Positions 26,423 to 40,040 of a stretch of DNA of 64,000 nt are shown here, piece by piece. The stretch comes from Vermamoeba vermiformis (taxonomy: Eukaryota). A program made the position numbers and the translations under genes. Location of the stretch: contig JBEWZL010000066.1 in assembly GCA_045837725.1 (NCBI GenBank), positions 62,001-126,000 of the forward strand, in the 5' to 3' direction. The notes under the pieces were generated by a model, which was not told the DNA's origin, ran no database searches, and saw nothing but the letters and a program-made list of their open reading frames with translations. Position 1 is the first letter of the stretch. Every line of letters starts with the position of its first letter.

Positions 26423-28352
26423 CTAGTTATAACTAGTGAATATCTTATCTGCTGTCAATTTGAAGTTTGATAGACCAGGATAACGCAACTTTTCAAAGAT
26501 CATCAGCCAGATCTCGTACGGCAATTGTTCGAATACAACTGGATCTCGCGCTATATTGTGGATCAGTATAATAGTGTTGGATAGCATCGATGACTGGTAT
26601 TCAATATTTCTTCGCGTAAATTTTTTGATAATTTCGTTGTTTCTGCACCGAAGAGTGCAATTAGTCAGCTTTCTTATTGACCAATTGTTGAAAGAATTAG
26701 TTAATTTTTCTGTCACGCTCTTGATGAACAGGTCATTATTCTCGACATTTATGCTCAGATCCGTCAACGTGTCATTAAATTTCAACGCATCCAAGACGCT
26801 ATCAACTTCTTCAATTTTTGAATGGTAATGCAACTTGACTAACGTAGTATTGTTTTTAATTATTTCTGCAATATTGAAGCTTTCTTTATCAGACGCCGTA
26901 GATTCATCGCCGAATGCTATTCTTTTAAGCTGAGTACTTTTCGCCAACCATCGTTGCATCACTTTCAACGCTTCGCTCGAAAAAATTGTTCTTTCGAATT
27001 CAATGACCTCTAATGATGTGTTGGATTCAAATGCGAGTGCTATAGGCAGTGTATCTCCCGTATGAAGTCTGAATAATTTTAGATCTAAAATTTTCAATGC
27101 GCAATATCGATCTTTGAGCGCTTCAGTGAACGGTGAAATTTCCAACGGATGTTGCAAGACTGTGTCGAAAGGAAATCTGTTAGTTCTGTAGCGAGCAAGT
27201 TTTAATTCCTGCAATAGTTTGTTTTGTACGGTGCCATTCAACAAAATTTCGATTGCTTGCTGCGATAGTCCCGCGACTGCCATGTGAAATTTCTTGATCG
27301 ATTTGCTTTGCTGAAGTCCGTTGCATACCGATTGAATATTTGCAGGCGTTATGACGCTGCTCGGTGTAATTTCAATGTCTACGAAGGTTAATGACGGGTG
27401 ACACGCGAGAACTTCTGCCAGCCTGTCAAAAGTGTCATTTTCACAACGAGAGCGGCTGATTTGCAGAGTTTTTATCGACGTATTGTTCTTGATCGCTGAA
27501 ACTATCTTAGTATTTGAGTTTGATATATGCAAATTTTCTATTGAATTATTCGCTGCAAACGCGTCTTGTAAAAATTGGTCGTTTTCGGAAATCAGTCCGA
27601 CGAGTGTCAGATCTGTAACGCTATTTCCAAAGCTGCACGGCTGATTGATAAAACAATCCATAGATAATGACTCTAGCGTGGTATTTTCGGATATTCCGTC
27701 ATAAATAAACTCCGTATTGATTTTTCCTTTGTTCACCGGATCTGGCTTTGGCGATGTCGCAAATAATCTTCGAATTGACTTGTTATTTTTCAACATTGAT
27801 GAAACTAGTGCTGAATTTTCCTTGTTTAATCGGGTGCAACCATGAGTCAATTGCAATTTTGTGATACTCGTACTGGCTTCAATCGCATCCAACACGATCT
27901 TCAAGTGTTCGCTGTCACAAAGTGCAATATCGAGGATTTTCAATAGCTTATGGTTATATATGAAATGTGCAAGCGCTTCTACTTCAGCTCTAGTCTGAAA
28001 TTGATACAAAGTCACTTCTAAGCTTTGAAGATCCGACTTTAACAGCTGATCGACAGATCGGCAGAATCTGGTGACCGAGGGATCACGTGCAATCAAGCGC
28101 AATTGATTCTTGTCAATATGCATTGCGGTAAAAGATTCGACTTTGCCAAAGACCACGTAAAATTGTTTGATCCCGAAGGAAAAATACTAAATTATGAAAT
28201 AAATTAGAATAATTATTTGAATACTACAATAATTTTGGAATTTATCTTCTCACCTCCTTACAAAGTGTACAGAATTTTAGTCTTCGTTTGATACTTATTG
28301 AAGTATTGTTGCAGATCGGGCACCGATTGAATTCTGGAAGCTCAAAACTCAT
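26423..28352 (-). CDS. RNI-like LRR protein with N-terminal CxxC..CxxC and C-terminal F-box-like motif (paralog 1, intact)
   Basis: Exon 1 MSFELPEFNRCPICNN...CTLCKE, one intron, long LRR exon (LKNNKSIRRL, ESNTSLEVI), ending LPYEIWLMIFEKLRYPGL. Confidence 0.85.
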
Positions 28353-28501
28353 TTCATATGACTTTGCTTTGAATCTATATTATTTGTGCTTAATCATATT
28401 CATTTTAAAAAAAGAACGGGACCAGTGGTGAATCGCCGCTTGAAAATTAGAATAAAACACGAGATCTGAGTTTATGCGTTTATTTTTTCCATAGACATGC
28501 T

Positions 28502-30493
28502 TCAATTCTTATTATTAGAGGTAGTCGTTCTGAATATCTTATCGGCTACTGATCTAAAGTTTGGTAGACCAGGATAACGCAACTTTTCAAATATAATGAG
28601 CCAGATCTCGCGAGGCAATCGTTCAAATGCGTTGCTGTCTCGTGCAATATTGTGGATTAATACTATCGTATTTGACCACATTAACGATTGATATTTTATG
28701 TTCCTTTTAGTAAATTCTTCAATGGTGGTGTTGTCAAACAAATGCTGGTGATTCGTCAATTTTCGTAATGATTTGTTAGTTTCAGAATTCCCCCAGTTTA
28801 ACAACATTCTTTCAATTAATTCCTGTTTTGAAGAGAAATCCGTGAATAAATCTGTCGAATTTTCAAATGCTATCGAAGCGTTTGTGAATTTCTTTGTCAC
28901 GCTCTTGTCGAACAAGTCATTATTCTCGGCATTTATGCTCAGATCCGTCAATGTGTCATTAAATTTCAACGCTTCCATGACGCTATCAACTTCTTCAATC
29001 TTCGAGTAGTAATGCAGCGTCGTCAATGTCGTATTGTTTTTGAGAATAGCAGCTAGGTTGATACCATCTCCATTTTCTTCGAATTCGTTACCAAGTTTGA
29101 TGCTTTTCAAACGAGGGTTTTTGACTAGCCATCTTTGCAGCACTTTCAATGCTTCGGAAGAAAAACATGTCCGCTTCAAATTAACGTCCTCTAATGATGA
29201 ATTTGCTTCCAAAGCGAGTGCTAATGATAATGTACTGTTTGTATGAATATTGCATCTGTGCAGATCTAATTTCTTTAACGCACAAGAAGGACTTTTGAGC
29301 GCTTCAGTGAACGGTGAAATTTCCAACAGTCGTTCTGGCTGAACACAAAGTTTCAATTCTTTTAGTATTTTGCTTTGTGTGGTGCCGTTTAATATGCATT
29401 CTGCAGGTTCATCATCTAGTGGGCAATGCCAGTGAAATTTCGTTATGGATTGACTTTGTTGAACTCCATCGCAAAGCAATTGAATATTTGCAGATGTTAT
29501 TAACGAAAATGTAGAAATCATATCTAGTGCCACATATGACAATGACGGATGACATTTTAGAACTTGTGACAGCGTGTCAAAAGCACTGTCGTCAAATTTT
29601 GTTCGGACAACTTCTAGTTTCTTTATCGATGTGTTGTGTTTGATGGCTGCAATAACTTTCAAATATGAGTTCGTTATTTTAAGATGTTGAATAGACTTGT
29701 TGGCCGTGAACGCGTCTTCGAGGAATTTTAGGTTGGCAGATCCGGGCCGAACCAAGATCAACTCTTTGATGCTGTCACCGAACCTGAATGGCCTATTACT
29801 TGTACCATCAATAGTGAGTGACTTAATCGTTGTATTTTCGGATATTCCGTCGTAAATAAACTCGGTGTTGATCATTCGTTGATCGGATCTAATTCTGTTC
29901 ACTACTAATCTTCGAATTGACTTGTTATTCTTCAGCATTGACACTACTAATGCGGCATTTGCCTCGTTTAATTGCGAGCAACCATTTTTCAATCGTAGTT
30001 TGCGAATACTGCTGCTCGTTTCAATCGCATCCAACACGATCTTCAGGTGTTCGCTGTCATAAAGTTCAATATCGAGGATTTTCAATGGCGTGTGGTTCGA
30101 TATAAAATATGCTAGTGACTTCATTTCCTCCGCGGTTTGAAAGCAGCTTAACGACACTTCTAAACTATCCAAATCTGACTTGCGCAGCTGATCGATCGAG
30201 CGGCAGAATTTTGGAACGTGGATATTACGAGAAATTAGGCGTAATTGGGTACTTCTACCTCCTACTGCGGTAAATGATTTGTTTGAGCCATAGACGAGGT
30301 GAAATTGCTTGTTTCCAAAGGTAAAATACTAAAATTATAAATAGTGATTAGAATAATTAATTAAATATGGTACGAGTGAATAGCCATTATACCCACCTCC
30401 TTGCATACTCTTGCATAATTTCAAATTCCGTTCACTTGTCAAACTATTGTTGCAGATCGGACACCGTTCGAGCTCAACTTCCAGAGAGCTCAT
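28502..30493 (-). CDS. LRR paralog 2; apparent extra base at about 30411 in exon 1
   Basis: Same two-exon layout as paralog 1. Removing one A gives CRVCKE and restores the phase-0 splice; 556-aa open LRR ORF. Confidence 0.8.
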
Positions 30494-30680
30494 TTAGCTT
30501 TCTTATGGATATGTTCCTTTTAACTATTGTGACTATTGTGCATTAAAAGGGATACTGCACGCTTATTCTGAAGCTCAGCCAGAAAATTGTGAGAACTAGT
30601 GACACACTCAGTCCCCTCCTTTTAATCGAACAAACAACCACGTGTATGATATTATTATTGTTTACGATACATTTCTAATT

Positions 30681-32563
30681 ATGATGATCTTTGAACCAGT
30701 TCAATTGACGAATTGTCCGATCTGCAACTGTTGTTTTCCAGATTTGACTCTTGCAAACGGAATTTATTTATGCACGAAATGCAACGAGGTAAGAGAATCA
30801 ATTAACAACTGAATTTTATCATAAATAATTGAATTATTCATCTTTAGTATTTTCCTCGTGGATACAAACAATTTGATGCTCTTTACGGGAGCAACCTGTC
30901 GTTTACAGCTTCAGGGCTATATATGGCTTTGCAGTTGAACTCACCCCAGATGGTCGAAAAATTTTGTAAATCAAAAGATCAGCTGCTAAAGTCCGATCTT
31001 GGTCGCGTGGATGTGACGCCAAGTCACTTTCAAACGAAAAAAGACATGGAAACACTTGCACATATTTTAATGCACCATAAGCCATTAACTGACGTCAAAA
31101 TTACACTAGATAACAGCGAACACTTGAAGATCTTATTGGATGCAGTTGCAGACAGTCCCAATATTCGGAAATTAGAGCTTAATAATGGCTGTACTGATCT
31201 AAATGAATATAATGCCGCCCTTGTTCGTTCAATGTTGCAGAATAACAAGTCAATTAGAAAATTATTGGCTCAACATGACAACACGAAATCGAGATTTATT
31301 TTTGACGGGATATCAAAAAATACTAGCCTAGAAAGCATAAATATCAATGATAGAATAGATAGTCCAATTATATTCAGCGACAGCGTTAAAAAATTGACAC
31401 TAGTTGGTGGATACAAACCTGGATCAGATTTCAACGTTGAATTTTTACGCGATGCCCTGGCTTCTAACAAATCGATACACTATTTAAAATTGATAAAATC
31501 GCATTTGAAACTCACTTCAGCCATCTCCGGAAACACATCCATCAAGCGACTTTGTGTTTTCCAGGACAGTATGAATAATAATGACGAAGACTTAGTCAAA
31601 TTTTCGCAAGCATTGAAAGACCATCCAACATTGACCGATGTATCACTTCAAAACGAGCCTAGTCACAGTAGAGAACGCTACTAATGCTATGCAATGCAAT
31701 CATAGAAAGCAAGCCCATAATCAAATTTGAAGCACACGCCTTCGCATCCAGCGACATTTTGGCAGTTTTTTTGAACAAATTAGTACCAAGTCAACGTTTG
31801 ACCGAATTAAAAGTCCGAAATTCATCGACCTTAACGAACCCTGTGGAAATTTCAGCCGTTCACCGAAGCGTTGAAACATCGGTACTGCTCGTTGAAAGTG
31901 TTAGACCTAGAAAATGCTTCTTTCCCCACAGACAATACTCTATCATTAGCACTTGCATTAGAGGCGAATACATCGTTAGAGGTCGTAAATATGAAAGACA
32001 CTACTACTTTTTCGGATGCGGCGCTGCAAGTGATGCAACGGTGGTTGGCAAAAAGCACTCAGTTAAAAAGCATCAAGTTTGAAGCACAACATTATAAGAG
32101 TTGTGATAAATTAGATCTAGCAGCTATAATTAGAAACAATACAACACTTGAAACTCTGCATTATTATCGAAAACGAAAAACTATTGACGATATCCTGGAT
32201 GCGCTGTCAGTAAATGACACTTTGACAGATTTGGCAATAAGCACTTCTAAAGAGGATTTTACGAAGAAAATTGAAGAAAAAATAACACCAAACAACTGGG
32301 CTATTAGGAATTTGTTTAATGCAGACTATTTTTCGTCCGACGACATTATCAGCAATTTAACAACAAGAAACAAACAGTATCAATCTGCAATGCAATTAAA
32401 CACGATTATTGTCATTCATAATATTGCACGAGACAAAGATTCATTCGCACGATTGCCTCGCGAGGTCTGGCTCATTATATTTGAAAAGTTGCGGTATCCT
32501 GGTCTACCAAACTTCAAATTGACAGCTGATAAGATATTCAATAGTTACAATACGAAGATATAG
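30681..32563 (+). pseudogene. LRR paralog 3, divergently oriented, two frameshifts (about 31680 and 31855); pseudogene or assembly errors
   Basis: Exon 1 CPICN...CTKCNE; coding region split over three frames; TCAGCCGTTC versus paralog TCACCGTTC shows an extra G. Confidence 0.7.
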
Positions 32564-32652
32564 TGTTAGATCGAAAGAAATGAATGTAATAAAAACCGGG
32601 TTTTTCAAAGATCTTGATCTGTGACACGTGTCAAATTTATTTAACCCTGTTT

Positions 32653-35600
32653 TTAGCCCTGTTTGACAACACGCTGTGAAATAATGTTGCTATGACATAC
32701 TAACAATTTTTCTGGGAACGGCTTCAAGTCGTAGATCTGCGGCACACCAAAGCCAGCAGCTTCGAGGACCTTATTGTACCACTCATTAGAATGGACTTTG
32801 CCGCTTTGAGTCGTGACCAGCATCGCCACGGACAACAAATTGGCGTAGAGCTGTGACTGCGTGTCATCAAATTCCATCTTAATAGTCTCGGTTAATACGA
32901 CACGACCGGTCGGTTTCAACGAGTCCAAAATCTTCTGCATCAACTTTTGCGCGTCGTCCTTATTCAAGTAGGCAAGACAATTTCTATGAACATAGGCACG
33001 TTAATAATAGGTCCCGGTGTTAATATGATGATATGAAAGGACTCACCTTCCGACAATTATCAAGTCATAAGGACCTTTGAAATCTGTCTCGAACAGATCG
33101 CCTTCAATGTAACTCGTTTGATTTGCTATGCCCATTTCTTCCGAATTCTTTTTACATTGTTGAATCATCTCTGAGGACTCCTATATTCATATCATTAGCT
33201 TCATATTATGTGCGATTAGTATAAAATTTGTCACGTACAAAAGACACTACTGTCGTGCCAGGTTTTTTCTGAGCCAGAGTGTAGCCCACAATACCATTAC
33301 CGCTATAACTCGATTAGAATATTATTGAAATCTCATTAAAAAGTACGTACCACATCAGATCGAGTACATTAATGACTTTTTTGTGAGCACGCCAAGGTTT
33401 AAGAACTTCTTGCAACTGCACGGCCATGTGTTTTTGGACTGCAAAAATATCGTTAGATTTAATTAAATTTCATAATATTATAATTCTGTTATTTTAGTCT
33501 TACTTGACACAGGCTGCTGAGGGTGATTTTGCATGGTCAAACCTTCAACTTGATTTTGACCGTTCTGAACCGACTGAGTCAAGAACTTCATGTTGTTCCA
33601 GATCGCACTCTCGCCGAGCGTGAAGCACAAATCACCGACGTATCCAGGCAAGCCCTCGACCTAAGCAATAATTAATCTGGATGACCTTACTGAGTTGAAT
33701 TGTCTGTGCTCACCAGGTGTGCCAAAGAGATGTCAGTGAGCATGAAAATGTCGCGCTGACTGCTCAACAGACCGATGGAAGTCAGTGCGTTCAAAATACG
33801 AATCAACGCGTTCAAATCACAATCAAGTGCCACGGCCAGTTGTGCTGCATTGGCCTTGTAATCAGGACGTGTCTGCAACTCTTTAAAGAGGCCCTGTAAT
33901 AATACACCGTTAGCTACAAGTCACTCATTCACGTGATATTACGTACGAGTTTCAGCGCAGTGGAAATTACAGCGGTCACTTGGAACGCCTGGAACATGGC
34001 GAGAAGTTCGGTCGGTGTAATCGCCACGGAATCAACGACTCGCAGCGATGATTTGGTCTTGTACACGCCTCCAGTAGCAATGCCGAGTTGATGGATCAAG
34101 AACGCGTATTGGAAGGCAGTACCGACGAACGAACTGTAACGACCTGACGCGCCCATGTGACCAGAGTGGTAAGTTTTAAGCAGCAGAAGATTGGTGTCTG
34201 TTTTGTTGGCACGCAATCGAGCGACAGATTTCGTCGGCTCCCAGAAACTGACGCGAGGATCGTTGATACCGCCCGTGATGAGCATGTGAGGGTAATTCTT
34301 TTTGCCAATGTTGTGGTACGGAGAGTACTCGAGCATGTACTTCAAATAGTCCTTTTGATAAGGGTTGCCCCACTCGTCATATTCGTAGACAGTCCACTAA
34401 ACCAAGTCAATTAGCACTGCCGTACAAGGCTAATATTTTCGAGTCGACTTACGGGGACTTTAGGGTCACCAAGAGCGCCAATTACGTCACAAAATGGTAC
34501 GTCCGATAAGACTACTTTGAACAGATCCGGTCGCAAGTTCGCCACAGCTGTCACGAGCAACCCTCCTGCACTACGTCCAAAGATACCTAGTTGATCAGCG
34601 GTCGTGTACCCTTCGTAGATCAAATGCTCGGCACACGTGATAAAGTCGTAAAAAGTGTTCATTTTGTGCAGTCCTTTGCCTTGTTCGTACCATTTCCAGC
34701 CGTTGATGGCTGAGCCACGTGGGTGGCAATACGCGTAAATGAACCCTCGATCGAGCAAACTTAATCGTTCGAGCGAAAACTTGGGTCCGCTCAGCTCGCC
34801 GTAGGCACCATAACCGCACAAAAGCTAATTGAAAACTCAAAATTAGTTTCCTTATTTGGTAATATGCGAAAGTCGTACCATTGGATTTCCTCCCTGATGA
34901 TTTCTTAAGGAAATTTTGTAGACTAGTGTAATCGGAATCTGTCCACCGTCCTTTGTAGTAGCCCAAATTCTTTTTTGATAATAATCTTCACGCACGAATC
35001 CAGTAGCAAACGACTCCTTGACTTTCCTTTTTTGGCAATTATCCATATCGTAGTCATAGACGATGGTTGGTTGCAAGAACGAAGTGTAACTGAATCGCAG
35101 TCTGTTCGTGTTGAAATAACGCGTCGCAAGAGTATCTTCTTGGTCTTCAACTTCTCCCGGCCAAATGCAGTACAAAGGCTCCGTAAAGTTAATGTAATGG
35201 ACCTCTGTGCAACCCCAAAATTAAAATTGAAATTCTTGGAATAAAAATAAAATGCGTACCTCCGTCGGAAAGATCTTGAATGCGCACTTTTTGAGTTCCG
35301 CTTTCCCATTCCCAGACTACAAAATGATGGCGGAAGAGTTCAATGTCTTTAATCAACACGTCTTCGCGGTGCTCGAGAATAGTTTCCCACAGGTCTCTAT
35401 TCATTGGATCACTTACTGGCACCTTAATAACTACGCAACAATCGTTATTAGTACGCTATAACAATCAGTAGATAATTATCAAGAAACTACAACGAACATT
35501 GGTCATCTGAAAAAATACAAGATGCGATCCAATCCGATCGCGAACCAGAACGACAACGAAAAAATGAGAGGAATGTGAATAATAATTTTAAAAAATCCAA

Positions 35601-37827
35601 TAATACCAATTCCACCACTTTCATTTTATCGCTGCATACCTTTGAAGTTGTAGGCTCCGCCTTCGTTGGTCTTAATGTACCAATAGTTTCCGTGACTAGA
35701 AACTGCGTACTGGACACCTTCAGTACGACCCATAATCTACCATAACATTAATATGGCACTAAAGCCCGGAAAATTGTTGACTACTTACGGGTTGAAAACC
35801 GGCCTTAGGTTGGTTCGTCGGACAGTATCTGACTTCCTTCGTAATCTGGCCTTCAATATGAAGCAAGAAATACTTCTTATTGTTGGATAAATTGATTTTA
35901 AGCACAAATCTCTCGTCCGGTTCTTCGTACAAAAGTAAATCGTCCGTGCCTTCGGGATGGTTTTCGTTGATGGTGTGACAATACAATTGATACGCACGAC
36001 CTGTAACTTTGTCCAACTATAACACTACGTGAGTATAATACGTTCATATAAATACGATATTAATATAACGTACCTTAGTGTACAAAAATGTGTTGTTATC
36101 AGCCGCCCAACGCAAGGTCCAGCCAACATCACCAATATCTTCCTCCAAGAGCAAACCAGTCGATAAATCTTTGCAAAAGACTCTAATAATGGCACGCACG
36201 TTTAAACTAATTGCCTAATAAGTAAACTAATTAACGTACCTGAATCGTTCGTTACCCTCCGTATCAGTTCCGTAAGCCAACAAGTTATGATTCGGCGAGA
36301 CTTCAAAAGGTCCTAATTGATAGTAGTCCTCTCCCTTAGCCTCCTCGTTCTCATCTAAGATCACTTGTTCCATGGCGTGATCGGGATTATCGTATTTTCG
36401 ACAGTGCACACTGTACTCTTTTTCAACATCGGATCTGCAACCACGTGGTTAGTTTTGAGTGATATTTCGGATGATATTTATAGCCCGTACCTAGTATAGT
36501 AATACCAATTATCGACTTGTAAATAAGGACTACGATCGTCACCGCCAACACGGCCAGAGAACTCATCGTAAAGCTGATCTTGTAACGCTTGGGTATGGCG
36601 CATCATCGCCCTATAATTTTAAATAAGCATATAATATTATTATAAAATTATTTTACGACTTACTTTGCATAAGCGTTCTCTTCTTTTAAATACTTGGAGA
36701 CTTTTGGATTATTGAGATCACGCATCCAGTTGAAAGGATCGCGGACTTGAATATCATGCTGATCAAATACAATTTCTTCTTGTTCCGGTGCTTTTGGCAC
36801 GACATTTAGATTGACGCTGCTCTCGCGTCGTTTCTTCTCGTGTTTTGGCTGTGTAGGCATAAGATCCGCCTCCTCTGATGTGCGAATATCCATGTTGTTA
36901 TGTCTAAAATATATTATTAATAATTTTGCATAGATTATGTGCCTTAGTATTGGATTTATATCGGAATAAAATGACAGATGGAGATCTGCCGGGTTGAAAT
37001 TAATTAATTTAAATTAAAAATAATATCCTTCGTGATGTATAATAAATAGATGCCGTGGATTATGTTTTAAAGGCCCGTAGTTTTAATTTAAAATTTGTCC
37101 GGATTAGCATCCGATCTATTTACCAAAGATCAGACCGGAGTTGGCCTTTTTGAAGAAATATAACATATAAATTATGCATACCTTTTATTATCAAGGTGGT
37201 CGCTTAACTACGTATTCACAGAGAAGTTTTGCAGGATCTTCAATCTGAACTAACGTTATGGGCTCAATTTTCAGCAAGGTCGATGAATGTAGCTTGCAAA
37301 TAGACCGAAGCTACGTAGCACTTGTTGCTTCAGTCTTTCTAACTAAGAATTAAACGGAGATAAAACCAGGACAAATTTTTCTATTTTCAATTTCTCCGAG
37401 CATCAACCAATACAAACGGTTTTCACTGAAAACCTAACAAGCCGCTAACATTTTTTTGGGGATTTTGGAAAAAAAACAAAATCCGTTTTCCAATTAGGAC
37501 AGACGCGATTACATTACGAAAATAATACCACAATAAATCGTTTTAAAACGTCGTTTATTTATTTTCTGTACTACAGACAGAGACAGCTTGTTTAGGAAAC
37601 TTACCTTGGATTCGTGAATTGCTACATCCGCCTCGGCATTCCCATTGGTTGGAATCTCATTAACCTATCGTTAAGTTAGCATTTAAGATATAATAGGAAA
37701 ATCTCAAAAGGTGGAAGAGAAAATCAAGATCTGTTTTGATCGCGATCTAACGCAGAAAAGATGTTCGATTCTGAACTTAATTGATTAGGATTTTCAGTAC
37801 CTTGGCCATGACCTCGCATATCTCCAT
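32653..37827 (-). CDS. Oligopeptidase B (S9A) fused to a C-terminal class I SAM O-methyltransferase (dimerisation + Methyltransf_2-like); start uncertain (36893 or upstream exons to 37827)
   Basis: RDPFNWMRD, GYGAYG, GRSAGG, NDPRV, GHMG; the same exon continues into AFQVTAVISTALKL|GLFKEL, followed by VLDLMCGNG, IEGDLF, GPYDLI, LKPTGRVVL. Confidence 0.9.
35463..35609 (+). repeat. About 145-bp copy of 42109-42257 inside an intron (35431-35639) of the peptidase gene
   Basis: Shares aatcagtagataattatcaagaaa and catctgaaaaaatacaagatgcgatccaatccgatcgcgaaccagaacgaca exactly. Confidence 0.95.
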
Positions 37828-38220
37828 CTCTCTGATATTATCCGCCACAAACCAAGGCTCACTGCAGTCTCCCTGCTCGATCCAAAGATCCGAATCCACG
37901 CGACCCTGAAAAGTCAGAACGAACAAAGAAGAGAATAAATCTTATAGGGAGTATATGTAATATTATATTCTTCGACATAGCAATAATTTGGATGGCTTTA
38001 ATTTGCTGGATTTTCTTTTGGCTTGCGGCATTTTGAGCGTAATGATTTTTAGCTTAGATGGTTGATTTACTGAATGAATTTGACAATAAATTAATTTACT
38101 CGATTTATTACAAAGGAATTTTGAATGGTTTTTTGGTATTTTGGGTTAATTTTTCGATTTTTTTTTCGGTAGTAGGGTTAAATCCGCAAGAATATCAAAC
38201 TTTCAAAGGGAAGGATAACG

Positions 38221-40040
38221 TTAATAAGTGAATCTATTGTTACCCATTTGTTGACCCATCTGTTGTTGGTAAGCTTGCTGCTGTTGTTGGTAGTACTGTG
38301 CTGCGTAGTTCGGATCGTAGGCCTGTTGGTATTGTTGGTAAGCAGCGGTAGCTGTCTGAGGCATTTGATAGCCTGCATAAGCTTGAGCTGCTTGTGTGTA
38401 GGCTGCGGTACTCGCCATAGAGGGGTACGCAGAAGCTTGTTGCGAATAAGCCTAGAATAAGACAAGAAAAGTTAGGAAATGTTGCAAGATCCGATCGGAT
38501 TCGGCACTTTGAGACTCACCTGGTAGGATTGGTTAGCAGTGGCTGGAGCGCCCGTTGCACCTCTGAACGGTCGTCCCCGGCCACGTGGTCTGCCACCAGA
38601 GCCCGAGGCTGGGCCGTATGGCTGGTAGCGGGTTTGAGGGTAATTTGATTGGGGTTGAGAAGGGTACGCGTTGTTGTAACCACCGCGACCCATGTTCATG
38701 CCTCCTTGTTGCATGTGACCGCGCATTTGACGGGTGTTGGCGGTCTTGTTTGGTGGAGGAGGCTTGGCCAAGACTACTGCCAGCTTTTGACCAGCAAAGT
38801 CTACGTCGTTCATGTGTTTCAACGCGTTCAAGCAGTTGTCGCGTTCCTTGAATTGTACGAACGCAAAACCTCGGGGCTCACCGGTATATACGTTCTTAAC
38901 AATAACACTCTACAAGGAGAAAGTAATTAGTCAATTTATGAACTTTTTGGGATGCGGATGGAGCAAATCTAGCTTACCTTTACAACTTCACCGAATTGCA
39001 TAAACAGTGACCGCAGCATCTCGTCGGTTACTGTAGTGGCGATGTTGCTAACGTACAGAGTGGTAACTTTCTCCATAATGCTCTCGTCGATTTCCTACAA
39101 AGCCAAAATTAGATCTAGCGCAACGGTAACTTTTTTTGATCTGGTCAAAAACTATGTTTGCGACGCTTACCCTATTGATGTTTTCAGCCCAAGAAATGTT
39201 CAAAGATCGTCCTTGAATTTGTGATTGCATCAAAATTTTCTTAGCGGCTTCGGCTACCTCGTGTGTAGGAAAAGTGACGAAACAAAATCCACGCGATTTG
39301 CGCGCGGGAGGAGGGCCGGTCTTCAATTCGACTCTAAAATCGGTATTTAGGACTGCTAACAAGCCTCTCAACGATTCGTGAACTTGATTTTCGCCCATTT
39401 CAATGGGAACGTTGCCAACGAAAAGTGTTAGTTTCGCATCAGCAGATTTGACTCTGCAAGGTCTACCCTAATTATTAAAATAATAATAATCGTTAGTAAA
39501 ATTAACCGGGATGATGTCGAGCATTGAGATCGTGTTACGGGCTCGTAATCTTTCTGCTATAATTTTTCAGGTCCAAATCAATTTCGAATGCAACGAACCT
39601 TTATAATAGAATTGTTGTATTCAGGAGATAAAGCTTTTTGCTGTGCTTCTCGAGTACCAAAATGAATAAAACCGTATCCTAATTCCCGAAGAAAAAAAGT
39701 AAAACTTTCAGTGACTTGATCTAACGATTATATGATTTGCGATAATTGGGGCAATTATCGAATACGTACCTTTGCACAATCCAGTGGCACGTTCTCTAAT
39801 CACGTTTACATTAACAATTTCTCCACAACCAGAGAATCTCTCACGAAGATCGTCATCCGTTACTGTTGGAACCAGGTCGCCGACAAATACGTTAAATGTA
39901 GCAACGGTGTTACTAATATTAATGGGTAAGAAATTTGAATTAAATCGAATTATTACGGCGCTCAGAAAATAAATTTACCTGTTTCCGCCGGTGTTGTAAT
40001 CTCGGATGTTTTGATCGTCGTCAGAATGTTGATCGCTCAT
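38221..40040 (-). CDS. Triple-RRM RNA-binding protein, hnRNP R/Q (SYNCRIP)-like, with RGG and Y/Q/A-rich tail
   Basis: VFVGDL, KGYGFIHF, KLTLFVGNVP, RGFCFVTF, LNISWAE, TLYVSNI, RGFAFVQF, AVVLAKPP; 3' end approximate. Confidence 0.88.

Noticed and set aside
37755-37785. GTTCGATTC T-loop-like word as a tRNA
   Set aside because: No flanking stems or cloverleaf.
37800-40040. Read-through fusion of the RRM gene to the peptidase-MT gene
   Set aside because: The last RRM donor is phase 1 while the 37905 exon is open in phase 0; joining them gives a quick stop.
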